DNA of 64,000 nt from Candidatus Vogelbacteria bacterium RIFOXYD1_FULL_46_19 (GTDB taxonomy: Bacteria; Patescibacteriota; Minisyncoccia; Phycocordibacterales; XYD1-FULL-46-19), in contig MHTK01000002.1 in NCBI GenBank assembly GCA_001824825.1, positions 70,020 through 134,019 on the forward strand, written 5' to 3'. Both the position numbers and the translations under genes were made by a program. Below are positions 9,769 to 19,285 of the stretch, one piece after another (position 1 is the first letter of the stretch; each line of letters begins with the position of its first letter). A model generated the notes under the pieces. The model did not search any database and had not been told where the DNA came from. It saw only the letters and a program-made list of their open reading frames with translations.

Positions 9769-10456
9769 GATTGAAATAAAGGTTTAAGCTGGCTTCTTTG
9801 GGAAAAATAAGGTTGTGGTTGGCAAAGTAAACGTTAATATTTTCGGTGGCCCAAAAAAAGCTGGAGGCCCTTTTCAAATATTCTTGACCACTTTCTAAGC
9901 CGAGGGTCGGATTATTAAAAATATTGGCCATATTTTCTAAAAGTGGGATAACTTGACTGAGGCTGTTGACCAAGCGTACATGAACTAGCTGGGCATCTTT
10001 AGGAACTGACAGTTTGAGAAGTTCTGTTAGGGCTAATTTGTGCATATTGATCGTTTTTTGAATGGGGGCGAGTTGACTCTGGTTTTGATTGTTGAGCGCG
10101 GCCACCATTACCTCCGCTTCGTTAGGGCGGACAGTTTCGTAAGGCTTGAGAATTCTAAAAATATCGGTGGCGTATTGCCTGATGGTGGCCTCACTCACCT
10201 CCTCGTTTATCTTTAAGTTGCCAACTTGGTAGCGAGTGTAGCTCTTGTCGGAAGCGGTAGCTGTGAGACCTTTTTGGTTTAAGCGAGACGCGACGATGTT
10301 TTCCAGGTCTCGTTCTTTATCGAGCAGGGACTGGTAGTAGGTCAGGTCAGCCTCTTCTTTTTCCGACTCTTGTTGCAAGCCGAGCCAACGTAAAACGCCC
10401 AAAACAGCAACTAGGACTAAAACAATCAGTAAGATTACTGCCAGCTTTTTCTTCAT
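9761..10456 (-). CDS. N-terminally membrane-anchored protein, first gene of T4SS-like operon
   Basis: 231 aa; MKKKLAVILLIVLVLVAVLGVL anchor; overlaps downstream ORF by 8 nt. Confidence 0.55.
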   Translation of the reverse strand: MKKKLAVILLIVLVLVAVLGVLRWLGLQQESEKEEADLTYYQSLLDKERDLENIVASRLNQKGLTATASDKSYTRYQVGNLKINEEVSEATIRQYATDIFRILKPYETVRPNEAEVMVAALNNQNQSQLAPIQKTINMHKLALTELLKLSVPKDAQLVHVRLVNSLSQVIPLLENMANIFNNPTLGLESGQEYLKRASSFFWATENINVYFANHNLIFPKEASLNLYFNLD

Positions 10457-10563
10457 AAATTAATACGCTTATTATACCTTTTTTTATTTAAAATAATGTT
10501 GTTTTTTGCGGTATAAAGGTGGATAACGGTTGACCTAGTGCTGGTACGTGAAATGCTATACTA

Positions 10564-11430
10564 ATGGTGATGAAATTTTATTTGACCACTTTTTTTATAG
10601 CTGCCTTTTTACTGTTGGCATTATTACCAGTACCGCTAGAAGCTGCCCTAAACCGAAATTTATCTTTGGGGTCAAGTGGGTCCGACGTGTGGGAGCTGCA
10701 AAAGTTGCTTAATCGGGATCTGGCGACCATTATTGCCGGGAGTGGCCCGGGGTCCAGTGGTCTGGAAACCGTTTTTTTTGGCCCCCTAACCCAGTTGGCG
10801 GTGAGTCGCTTCCAAGAAAAATATGCCCCCGAAGTCTTGCACCCCCTTGGTTTAAGCCGTGGTACTGGCTATGTGGGGCAATTAACTCGCCAAAAACTAA
10901 ATAGCTTATTAGGGGCGGGAGCTGGGGCTACTTTAGCGATACCCTCAGCGTCGATGCCAGTTTATATCCCTCCCTTACCCCCTCCCATCCCCACGAGTGA
11001 GCTTGGGAGTGATGAAAAAAGTCCGACAAAACCAAGTAGTACGACCAAAAAATCAACAACGGCTAGTGAAATCGACCTATTAAACCAAACCGCTCAGTCT
11101 TTAGCTGGACTGACGGCGCCGGAGCGCTCAAAATTTATGTCTGTAGTGTCTATTTCACCCACTAGTGGTGGTCCAGGGACCACGGTAACCATTAAAGGTC
11201 ATGGTTTTTCCGAGAATAGTAATAAAGTTTATTTAGGTTATGATATCAAAGATAAGGTGCGCTCTACTAAGGACGGCACGGAAATTAAAGTTAAGATTGA
11301 AAACCCCTTTACCGATGGTGATTATAAAACTAGGGCGTCGGGTCAAGGGAGTCTAGAGATTCCCTTGGGTATTATGGTGGAAAATAATACCGGAATAAGT
11401 AATCACTTTATTTTTACCTTAAAATTTTAG
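10564..11430 (+). CDS. secreted protein with peptidoglycan-binding (PG_binding_1-like) domain and IPT/TIG-like C-terminal domain
   Basis: Signal peptide; LSLGSSGSDVWELQKLLNRDL and FGPLTQLAVSRFQ motifs typical of PG-binding domain; SISPTSGGPGTTVTIKGHGF resembles IPT/TIG fold. Confidence 0.6.
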   Translation: MVMKFYLTTFFIAAFLLLALLPVPLEAALNRNLSLGSSGSDVWELQKLLNRDLATIIAGSGPGSSGLETVFFGPLTQLAVSRFQEKYAPEVLHPLGLSRGTGYVGQLTRQKLNSLLGAGAGATLAIPSASMPVYIPPLPPPIPTSELGSDEKSPTKPSSTTKKSTTASEIDLLNQTAQSLAGLTAPERSKFMSVVSISPTSGGPGTTVTIKGHGFSENSNKVYLGYDIKDKVRSTKDGTEIKVKIENPFTDGDYKTRASGQGSLEIPLGIMVENNTGISNHFIFTLKF

Positions 11431-11439
11431 ATCTTTACT

Positions 11440-11805
11440 ATGTGGCGAAACTTTTTTATTAACAAAATTATTATCATTCCGCTAGTACTGGTTATTTTTG
11501 CCCTGTCGATTCCGTTTAAAGCCGAAGCTGGCCCAGGCTTACCCTTTGGGGGTCAAATTCTCTCAGTTATTCCCTGCTTGTGTAGTGCCAATCTTTTGAT
11601 AACCATGAGGCCTATTGGCCCCTTGTCGCCCCCTCAGGTTATATTTGGGCCCTCCAGTATATTATTTCCTTTCTATCAATTGTGGCGCCCCGGGGCTTAT
11701 CTTCTAGGTAACTATGGTCCACCGGTGCCCTGTGTGGTGTTTGCAATAATTTGTGTCCCCATTTCTGTGGCCCCACTTATATTGATGACCGGAACCTCGA
11801 TGTAG
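11440..11805 (+). CDS. hypothetical small hydrophobic protein
   Basis: 121-aa ORF, hydrophobic, Cys/Pro-rich; no homology recognised. Confidence 0.3.
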   Translation: MWRNFFINKIIIIPLVLVIFALSIPFKAEAGPGLPFGGQILSVIPCLCSANLLITMRPIGPLSPPQVIFGPSSILFPFYQLWRPGAYLLGNYGPPVPCVVFAIICVPISVAPLILMTGTSM

Positions 11806-11808
11806 TTT

Positions 11809-12570
11809 TTAGAGTAAATTTTGCCAATCGGTGAGAGTCAGGTCTTCGGCACGACTTTTTTCCGGTAGATCCCAACTGGTAAGGACTCCTTCGGCTAGGT
11901 TTAAGTTCGAGCGGAGCAATTTTCGTTTTTGGGCAAAGCCTTTTTTGATTAGGTCAAAGAAGGCTTTTTCAGTGAAGTCGCCAAAATAATTTTTATTAAT
12001 ATCACTGATGGCGAGAATAGCCGAGTCGACATTGGGTACGGGCCTGAAGGCCCCCCGGGGGACTTTGGCAATTAGTTTAGGTACACCATAAGCTTTAACC
12101 GACAGCGATAAAATACTTTCTTTGTGGTTTAAAGCGACAATTCTGTCCGCCACTTCTTTTTGCACCAAAATAACTGCCTGGGTGGGCTGGTGTTCGGCCT
12201 CTAAAAACTGACGGATAATTTCCCCGGTGATGTAGTAAGGGATATTGGCGACCAGTTTGTAGGGCGCTAAGGCCTGTAATAGGTTGGGCGGTAAATCTAA
12301 AGCGTCACATTCTAGTAGGGTTAGTTGGCCTTTTTCAATCTCCACTTTAAATTTTTCGGCCAAGGGCTCCATTAGGCGCCGGTCTTTTTCGATAGCGGTA
12401 ACTTTGGCGTCAGCGGCGAGTAAGCGCTCGGTTAAAGCTCCGCGCCCGGGGCCGATTTCCAGTACTTGCTCCCCTGGCTTTAGGCTGGCGGCGTCAATTA
12501 TTTTTTGCAGGGCCGACTGCGATACCAGCCAGTTTTGACCCAAAGATTTCTTAGCAAAAATATGATCCAT
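11809..12570 (-). CDS. rsmA: 16S rRNA (adenine1518/1519-N6)-dimethyltransferase
   Basis: N-terminal KKSLGQNWLVSQSALQKII and SAM motif VLEIGPGRGALT typical of KsgA/RsmA. Confidence 0.85.
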   Translation of the reverse strand: MDHIFAKKSLGQNWLVSQSALQKIIDAASLKPGEQVLEIGPGRGALTERLLAADAKVTAIEKDRRLMEPLAEKFKVEIEKGQLTLLECDALDLPPNLLQALAPYKLVANIPYYITGEIIRQFLEAEHQPTQAVILVQKEVADRIVALNHKESILSLSVKAYGVPKLIAKVPRGAFRPVPNVDSAILAISDINKNYFGDFTEKAFFDLIKKGFAQKRKLLRSNLNLAEGVLTSWDLPEKSRAEDLTLTDWQNLL

Positions 12571-12653
12571 GTGAACCCTATCATACCTCTTCGTTAATTT
12601 AAGTAAAACTAAATCCGGCTGGCGGGTTTTAAAGGATAGTCACTCGTTTGAGT

Positions 12654-12689
12654 AAAAAAATAGGCCCCGCACTGTTTGGGTGCGGGGCC
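12654..12689 (-). terminator. intrinsic terminator after 68-aa ORF
   Basis: 10-bp GC stem ggccccgcac/gtgcggggcc with 7-nt loop followed on minus strand by T7. Confidence 0.6.
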
Positions 12690-12704
12690 GTGAGGCTGAC
12701 TGGT

Positions 12705-12911
12705 TCAGGAAAAGGTTTCCCGAACTACCCCATCCACAATTTCTTTGGCGAGCTGGAGTAGCTCGCCCACCGGAACCCCTATCTCCTTTGATAGAGATTC
12801 GATTTCCTCGCGGGAGGCCGCACTAAGACGGATTCCTTCTTTCCGAACTAAAAAATTCAAAATTTGAAGGGCAATCTGACCCTTCCGCTCATCACTCAGA
12901 GGCATAAACAC
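12705..12911 (-). CDS. hypothetical small protein
   Basis: 68-aa ORF followed by strong terminator. Confidence 0.4.
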   Translation of the reverse strand: MFMPLSDERKGQIALQILNFLVRKEGIRLSAASREEIESLSKEIGVPVGELLQLAKEIVDGVVRETFS

Positions 12912-13031
12912 CTCCTTTCTACGAGAATTATAGACTAAAACTAATAATTTGTCAATAGATAGCGGTTAGGCTGGTTAAGATGATTTTCCAAGGTTTAACC
13001 TTGGAGTGGGGAGGGTGTGATGTAATGGGGA

Positions 13032-14957
13032 TTAGAAATCCAGTAGGTATTCGTAAGTAGGGGCGGCCGGGTCGACATCGCTATCTAAAAGCTCGTCCGG
13101 AATATCCATTAAAAATTCCGACGGCGTATTAACTTGCTGGGAGCCAAAAATGGTACGTAGTTGGGCGTAGGATAAAAACAATTTGGTCCGGGCGCGGGTA
13201 ACAGCCACGTAAAACAAGCGCCGCTCTTCCTCCTCATCGCGATCTTTTTCGCCAAAGCCCTGATGCGGAAACAAACCTTGTTCTAGTCCGGCCACAAAAA
13301 CTACATCAAATTCTAAACCTTTGGCGGCGTGAACGGTCATTAGTTTTACGCCATTTTGCTTTTCGTTCAAAGTGTCTTGATCTGACACTAGGGCGGCCTC
13401 TGTTAAGAGGGCCAACACCGCTTCCGCCCCCTCCAAATGGGCATACTTTTGTGACAAGGTGACCAACTCTTTAATGTTTTCCAGTCGTTCCAAGCCCTCC
13501 TCCCCTTCACCTAAGAGTTCCTTTTCCAGTCCGCTTTCCGCTAAAATAAATTTAACGGTGGCCGCCATCGTTTCCGTTTCAATTTTAGTGCGAATGCGTT
13601 CTAACAGTCGGCGAAAAGCCTCAATCTTTTCTTTAGTGGCACGCGGTAAATCACCCTCAGCTCCAGCGGCCATTTTGGTGAGGGTGGCTTTGCCGATACC
13701 ACGTTTAGGCACATTGATGATGCGTTTTAAACTGTCAAAATCAGTGTCATTAAGAGCCGCTTGCATATAGGCCAAGATGTCCTTAATTTCTTTACGTTCA
13801 AAAAAGCGTACCCCTAAGACTTGGTAAGAGACCCCGGCTTTGAGGAAAGCTTCTTCTAGGGCTCGCGACTGAAAGTTGGCCCGGTACAGGACGGCCATTT
13901 CTTCCGCTTTTTGCCCATTTTGGACCAGCTGTTTGGCCCGATCAGCAATGGCTCTAGATTCCGTACCCTCATCTAAAAAGCTATCCAGTCTAATTTTGTC
14001 TCCGGCCCCATTCTGCGTAAAAAGTTTTTTGTCTCGGCGGTTAACATTTTTTTCAATCACCGCATTGGCGGCGGTTAAGATGTTCTGCGTCGAGCGGTAG
14101 TTTTGTTCGAGGAGTACCACTTTGGCTTTGGGGTGATCTTCTTCAAAACGCAGCAGGTTGGTATAGTCGGCTCCTCGCCAGCTGTAGATCGATTGGTCCA
14201 CATCTCCTACTACACAAATATTGTCGGCCGGGCCACATAAAAGGCGGGTCATTTCGTATTGGACCTGATTGGTATCTTGGTACTCATCAATATGTAAATA
14301 GCGGAAGCGGTCTTGGTACATAGCCCTAATCTGATCATGCTCGCTTAAAAGTAAAACAGTTAAAAGCAATAGATCGTCAAAATCCATACTGTTTTCGGCT
14401 CGTAAAATTCGAGCGTAATTTTCCCAGACCTCCCCTACTACCTCTTGCCAGTAACCGGAGACGTTTAAGCGATAGCTTTGGCCGGACTGCCCTTTACTTT
14501 TGGCAGCCGAAATCGAGCTTAAGATTTTTTTAGGTTCAAACTGTTTTCGGTCAATGCCGGCTTTATCCATCGCTTGCTTGATCTTAGATAAGCTACCCTC
14601 GCGGTCTAAAATGGTAAAAAACCGGGTAAAGCCCAGAGTGTGGGCGTGCTGTCTTAAAATATGAACCGCTAAAGAGTGGAAGGTGCTGGTAAAAGGTTGG
14701 GCTTCACCGGCGTAGGCTGAGCGAGGTTCGGTGTTAAGTAGCTTCTGTAGGCGTTCCGACATTTCTTTAGCGGCTTTGTTGGTAAAAGTTACCGCTAAAA
14801 TGTTCCCAGGAGTCACGCCGGATTTTATTAAGTGTAAAATGCGGTGCGTCACCGTTTTGGTTTTGCCGGCTCCGGCGCCAGCCACAATTAAGAGCGGGCC
14901 GTCTTGGTGCAAAACTGCTTCTTTTTGCGCGTCATTTAGTTCATTTAAATATTCCAC
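13032..14957 (-). CDS. ATP-dependent DNA helicase UvrD/PcrA family
   Basis: Walker A AGAGAGKTKT, DEYQDTN Walker B, YRSTQNI and VHAAKGLEFD helicase motifs. Confidence 0.9.
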   Translation of the reverse strand: MEYLNELNDAQKEAVLHQDGPLLIVAGAGAGKTKTVTHRILHLIKSGVTPGNILAVTFTNKAAKEMSERLQKLLNTEPRSAYAGEAQPFTSTFHSLAVHILRQHAHTLGFTRFFTILDREGSLSKIKQAMDKAGIDRKQFEPKKILSSISAAKSKGQSGQSYRLNVSGYWQEVVGEVWENYARILRAENSMDFDDLLLLTVLLLSEHDQIRAMYQDRFRYLHIDEYQDTNQVQYEMTRLLCGPADNICVVGDVDQSIYSWRGADYTNLLRFEEDHPKAKVVLLEQNYRSTQNILTAANAVIEKNVNRRDKKLFTQNGAGDKIRLDSFLDEGTESRAIADRAKQLVQNGQKAEEMAVLYRANFQSRALEEAFLKAGVSYQVLGVRFFERKEIKDILAYMQAALNDTDFDSLKRIINVPKRGIGKATLTKMAAGAEGDLPRATKEKIEAFRRLLERIRTKIETETMAATVKFILAESGLEKELLGEGEEGLERLENIKELVTLSQKYAHLEGAEAVLALLTEAALVSDQDTLNEKQNGVKLMTVHAAKGLEFDVVFVAGLEQGLFPHQGFGEKDRDEEEERRLFYVAVTRARTKLFLSYAQLRTIFGSQQVNTPSEFLMDIPDELLDSDVDPAAPTYEYLLDF

Positions 14958-15019
14958 CCGCCTACTATAGCATAATTTCTTTCGCAGATGACGGTGATTA
15001 AGCTATAATAAATAGTAAT

Positions 15020-15424
15020 ATGTTAGAACAAAAATTATCATCAAATATTGAAGCTGAAATTGCCGACTTGTCGCGCCAAATTGAAGCCAAAAGACGGTTG
15101 TTGGAAACCGAAAGTGGTATGGTGGAGGATAAACAAGTGGTCGCAGCCGTGGTTAAAGTGCCAGCTGAGGACACCTCTGTTCCTATCCTACGGCCCGTTA
15201 GTGGTAATCAGAGCAATCAAGACGGATCGCTTTCGTACTTAGACAGCTTGGATGATCAAACTAAAGAAAGAGTTTTGGAGTTGGTTGATAAAGTTTTTGA
15301 GCGGGGTTTGGGCCGAACCATTAGTGAAGCTAAAAAGCTGGAGGCCCTCGACCTAGACGCTTTTCACGATACGCTGACCGATCGAGTTTACAACGAGTTA
15401 AAAAAGCGCGGATTGGTGAAGTAA
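15020..15424 (+). CDS. hypothetical protein upstream of coupling ATPase
   Basis: 134-aa ORF, coiled-coil-like N-terminus. Confidence 0.45.
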   Translation: MLEQKLSSNIEAEIADLSRQIEAKRRLLETESGMVEDKQVVAAVVKVPAEDTSVPILRPVSGNQSNQDGSLSYLDSLDDQTKERVLELVDKVFERGLGRTISEAKKLEALDLDAFHDTLTDRVYNELKKRGLVK

Positions 15425-15483
15425 CCCAAGACGATAAAAGGTAAGGCTGATTATTCTTTAAAACAAGTTCCCCCGGGGTTTAT

Positions 15484-17841
15484 ATGGACTTTATAATATA
15501 TAGTTTGCTGGGTTTAGGACTCTTGCTGGCCCTCGGGGGCCTATGGTGGTATCAGCGCCGAGGTAATTTTGGCAGTTTAAACTTAAAAGTGCTACTGGTT
15601 AAGATTCCCGAGCGAGAAAGTAAGGACCCGAAAGAATTTTTACATGACATTGCTTTAAGTGAGCAACTTTTTAGCTCACTGTCGGCTATCAAGGAGCCGA
15701 TTGTATTTGAAACCGCTGTTCATAATACCGGCGGAGAAATTTATTTTTATCTAGCTGTTCCGGCTGATCGGGTCGAGTTTGTGTCGCGACAGATCCAAGG
15801 TCTATTCCCGGCGGCCGAGGTGGATTCGGCTTTGGATTACACTATTTTTGCTACCGAACACGGAATCAGGGCCGGTTACTTGGCTCTGGAGGAGTCACCG
15901 GTGGTGCCAATTCGCACTTACTTGGAAAGCGAAGTTGATTCTTTTGCTCCCATTGTGAGCACTTTGTCGCGGTTGCGGGAAGAAGGCGACGGGGCCGCCA
16001 TCCAAATTGTATTGCGGCCGACCAGCTCCAAATTTAAGCAAAAAGTTCAGTCTATTTTAAGCCGGTTAAAAAAAGGTGAATCACTTAATGAAGTACTGAA
16101 AAGTTATAAGGCTTGGGCACCTTTGGTGGATTTGGCTAAAGATTTGTCGGGGAGTAATAAAAGCCCCGATTCTCTGCCTTCGGAACCCAAGTCGATGGAT
16201 GATGAATTGGTAGCTTCACTGGAAACCAAGATCAAAAAGCCTTTGTTTGATGTGAATGTTCGCCTGATTACCGCGGCGGATACGCCCAACGAGGCCAGTG
16301 ATCTTTTGTTATCAATTAGTGGTTCTTTCAGCCAGTTTTCGGCACCTCGACGCAATAGTTTTAAAATTGTCTCCCCTCGTAAAATTACGCGTTTGGTTTA
16401 CGAATATATTTTTAGAGAATTCAATGAGGATCAGGTAATGGTTTTGAATACCGAAGAAATTGCTAGTATTTTTCACTTGCCTACCACCTCGACCGATGTC
16501 CCTCGTATTAAATGGTTGAAAAGTCGTGAAGCGCCACCACCGGAAAATTTACCCACCGCTGGGGCGGTGATTGGTCAGAGTGTGTTCCGAGGTGACATCA
16601 AACCAGTTCGCTTATCTGATCAGGATCGGCGTCGTCATTTCTACGTGATCGGGCAAACTGGTACTGGTAAATCGTTCTTTATGTTGAACCAGGTGGTCCA
16701 GGATATGCAAAACGGTAAAGGCTTATGCGTGATTGATCCCCACGGCGACTTGGTGGATAAAATTTTAGAGCGGGTGCCGGCCAGTCGCTTGGAAGATGTG
16801 ATTGTCTTTAACCCGGGTGATGTGGCGAGACCCTTGGGCCTTAATATGTTGGAGTTTAACCCAGCTCGACCCGAGGAAAAGACTTTTATCGTTAATGAGA
16901 TTCAGTCCATTTTTAACCGCCTCTTCTCGGAGGAAACCATGGGGCCAATGTTTGAGCAGTATATGCGTAATGCCCTGCTCTTACTGATGGAAGATGCTAA
17001 GCATGAACCAGCCACGCTCATGGAAGTGCCGCGAATTTTTACTGATCCGGATTTTCGGTCGCGTAAGCTGGCCCGTATTACCAACCCCACCGTCATCGAC
17101 TTTTGGGAAAAAGAGGCCGCTAAAACCAGCGGCGAGCAAGGTTTGGCCAATATTACCCCGTACATAACGTCTAAGTTTGGCAACTTTATTGCCAATGATT
17201 ATATGCGGCCGATTATTGGTCAACCAAAATCCGCCTTTAATTTTCGGGAGGTAATGGATGACGGTAAAATTCTTTTGGTTAATTTGGCTAAAGGTAAAAT
17301 TGGGGATATTAATGCTGGACTCTTGGGGATGGTGGTGACCGGGCGACTACTCCTTTCGGCTTTGTCTCGCCAGGATATGGCGGAAGACGATCGCCGGGAC
17401 TTTTATTTATACATCGACGAGTTTCAGAATTTCACCACCGACTCGATCTCGGTTATTTTATCGGAAGCCCGCAAGTACAAACTGAATCTGATTTTGGCTC
17501 ACCAATTTATTGCCCAGCTATCGGATGATATTCGGGAGTCGGTGTTTGGTAATGTGGGCTCCTTGGCGGCCTTCCGGGTAGGTATGACCGACGCGGAAGT
17601 GCTGGTCAAACATTTCCACCCCACCTTTAGTGAAAGTGATTTAATTAATATTGAAAATCAAGAGGCTTTTGTCCGGCTCTTAATTAATGGCGAGCCGGCT
17701 CGACCTTTTAATATTAAAACGGAACAAGTAGTTGGCGGTTCCGATGAACTGCGAGAACAACTGAAAGAACTATCGCGACTTACTTATGGTCGGGATATTG
17801 ATGAAGTAGAGCGGGAGATTTTGGCACGACTAAGGCACTAA
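15484..17841 (+). CDS. VirD4/TraG/TraD-like type IV coupling protein (FtsK/HerA-superfamily ATPase)
   Basis: N-terminal TM helix; Walker A GQTGTGKS followed by CVIDPHGD; Walker B YLYIDEFQNF and LILAHQFIAQL (Qs..QL-like T4CP motif). Confidence 0.6.
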   Translation: MDFIIYSLLGLGLLLALGGLWWYQRRGNFGSLNLKVLLVKIPERESKDPKEFLHDIALSEQLFSSLSAIKEPIVFETAVHNTGGEIYFYLAVPADRVEFVSRQIQGLFPAAEVDSALDYTIFATEHGIRAGYLALEESPVVPIRTYLESEVDSFAPIVSTLSRLREEGDGAAIQIVLRPTSSKFKQKVQSILSRLKKGESLNEVLKSYKAWAPLVDLAKDLSGSNKSPDSLPSEPKSMDDELVASLETKIKKPLFDVNVRLITAADTPNEASDLLLSISGSFSQFSAPRRNSFKIVSPRKITRLVYEYIFREFNEDQVMVLNTEEIASIFHLPTTSTDVPRIKWLKSREAPPPENLPTAGAVIGQSVFRGDIKPVRLSDQDRRRHFYVIGQTGTGKSFFMLNQVVQDMQNGKGLCVIDPHGDLVDKILERVPASRLEDVIVFNPGDVARPLGLNMLEFNPARPEEKTFIVNEIQSIFNRLFSEETMGPMFEQYMRNALLLLMEDAKHEPATLMEVPRIFTDPDFRSRKLARITNPTVIDFWEKEAAKTSGEQGLANITPYITSKFGNFIANDYMRPIIGQPKSAFNFREVMDDGKILLVNLAKGKIGDINAGLLGMVVTGRLLLSALSRQDMAEDDRRDFYLYIDEFQNFTTDSISVILSEARKYKLNLILAHQFIAQLSDDIRESVFGNVGSLAAFRVGMTDAEVLVKHFHPTFSESDLINIENQEAFVRLLINGEPARPFNIKTEQVVGGSDELREQLKELSRLTYGRDIDEVEREILARLRH

Positions 17842-18107
17842 GTCCAGCCAAAAAGCTAGAACAAAATCTATTTTTAGGTTATCCACAGGGGCGACGAATT
17901 GGGTTGCCTTTTCTTACTACTGGTGTAAAATTGTTGTGTACCGTTAGTTGGGCTTCCGAGATGACTGTTGGCAAAAATCCTTATTTTTAGCCATTCCTGA
18001 GCGAGAGCTAGCCATTACTATATAAAACAAGGCTTATTTTAGGTAACTTACAAGAGTCTAAGGTTGGCCCCCGCCAGCCAGACAAAACTAGGTTTCGCGA
18101 TCAAACT

Positions 18108-19157
18108 TTGTCCCCAAGGCTTATTTTAGGTTTTTTGGCCGTTATCCTCATTTTTACCACTTACCACACTGCTCATGCTGGGGTGTTTTCAGCTTTAGGT
18201 AGTAAGTTGAGTGGCGAAACTCCTTTTTATGTTCTAAATCAGGCCGTGGGGGCCAACTCTCAGAAGCTAGCTCTACTGGAACCGGAAGCAACTTTGGCCA
18301 GTAGTGCTCGTGGTGGCTTGGATCCGCAAATCGAAGATGGAGTGGCCCTGGCCCCGGTGGAAGGTTTCGAGGGATCGGCTCAAGCTACAGCTATTATTCC
18401 CCCCAACGACCAAATTAGTGTTTATGTAGTCAAAGAGGGAGACAGTTTGTCACAGGTGGCTGAAATGTTTGGGGTGTCCGTCAATACTATTATGTGGGCC
18501 AACAATATTAAGAAGTCCACTAGTATTAGTGAGGGTGATGTGCTGGTGATTTTACCTATTACTGGTGTTCGACATATCGTGAAGGCTGGAGAAACGATTG
18601 CTAAGATCGCTAAACTCTACAGTGCTGATACGACAGAAGTGGCTAATTATAATGCTTTAGCGGAAGGAACGACGCTTAAAGCCGGGGATGAAATAATAGT
18701 TCCACACGGCGTCATCCCGGCGCCGAAGGCTCCAACTAAGAAAGCACTGGTTAAATCCAAGGATGGCTCCTCTCCTTCGACCGCGTCTAAGTACGCTAAC
18801 TTACCCGATTCTTCTGGTTACTTTATCCAGCCTTTGGTGGGGGGACGCAAAACCCAAGGTATTCACGGTAATAATGCCGTTGACTTGGCGGCGAGCTTAG
18901 GAACGGAGCTACGAGCGGCGGCGGCTGGTAAAGTTATTATTGCGCGAACTGGTGGCTGGAACGGAGGTTATGGCAACTACGTGGTCATTAGTCATGATAA
19001 TGGTTCTCAAACTTTGTACGCTCATATGTTAGATGTGGTGGTGTCTCCCGGCCAAGCAGTAGCCCAAGGACAGAGTATTGGTCACCTTGGGTCTTCTGGT
19101 AATTCGACCGGACCTCATGTTCACTTCGAAATTCGGGGGGTCCGCAATCCCTTCTAG
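18108..19157 (+). CDS. secreted LysM-LysM-M23 family peptidase (peptidoglycan hydrolase)
   Basis: Signal peptide; two LysM repeats (YVVKEGDSLSQVAE..., HIVKAGETIAKIAK...); C-terminal M23 motifs HGNNAVD...GYGNYVVISH...GPHVHFE. Confidence 0.85.
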   Translation: MSPRLILGFLAVILIFTTYHTAHAGVFSALGSKLSGETPFYVLNQAVGANSQKLALLEPEATLASSARGGLDPQIEDGVALAPVEGFEGSAQATAIIPPNDQISVYVVKEGDSLSQVAEMFGVSVNTIMWANNIKKSTSISEGDVLVILPITGVRHIVKAGETIAKIAKLYSADTTEVANYNALAEGTTLKAGDEIIVPHGVIPAPKAPTKKALVKSKDGSSPSTASKYANLPDSSGYFIQPLVGGRKTQGIHGNNAVDLAASLGTELRAAAAGKVIIARTGGWNGGYGNYVVISHDNGSQTLYAHMLDVVVSPGQAVAQGQSIGHLGSSGNSTGPHVHFEIRGVRNPF

Positions 19158-19221
19158 GCTGGCCGTGGGCCACTAAATTTTTGGATCTAGATAAAATATC
19201 CCATTGGTCGATTCATAAAAA

Positions 19222-19242
19222 CCTCACACAAGTGGGGTTTTT
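19222..19242 (+). terminator. putative intrinsic terminator after M23 peptidase gene
   Basis: cctcac-acaa-gtgggg hairpin followed by T5. Confidence 0.45.
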
Positions 19243-19285
19243 ATGATAAAGTAGAGTCACTACTCACTTTTTAAAGATTATTTTA

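Noticed and set aside
10530-10562. ttgacc ... tatact as promoter of the PG-binding gene
   Set aside because: Spacer is 21 nt and the -10 would abut the start codon; not a convincing sigma70 promoter.
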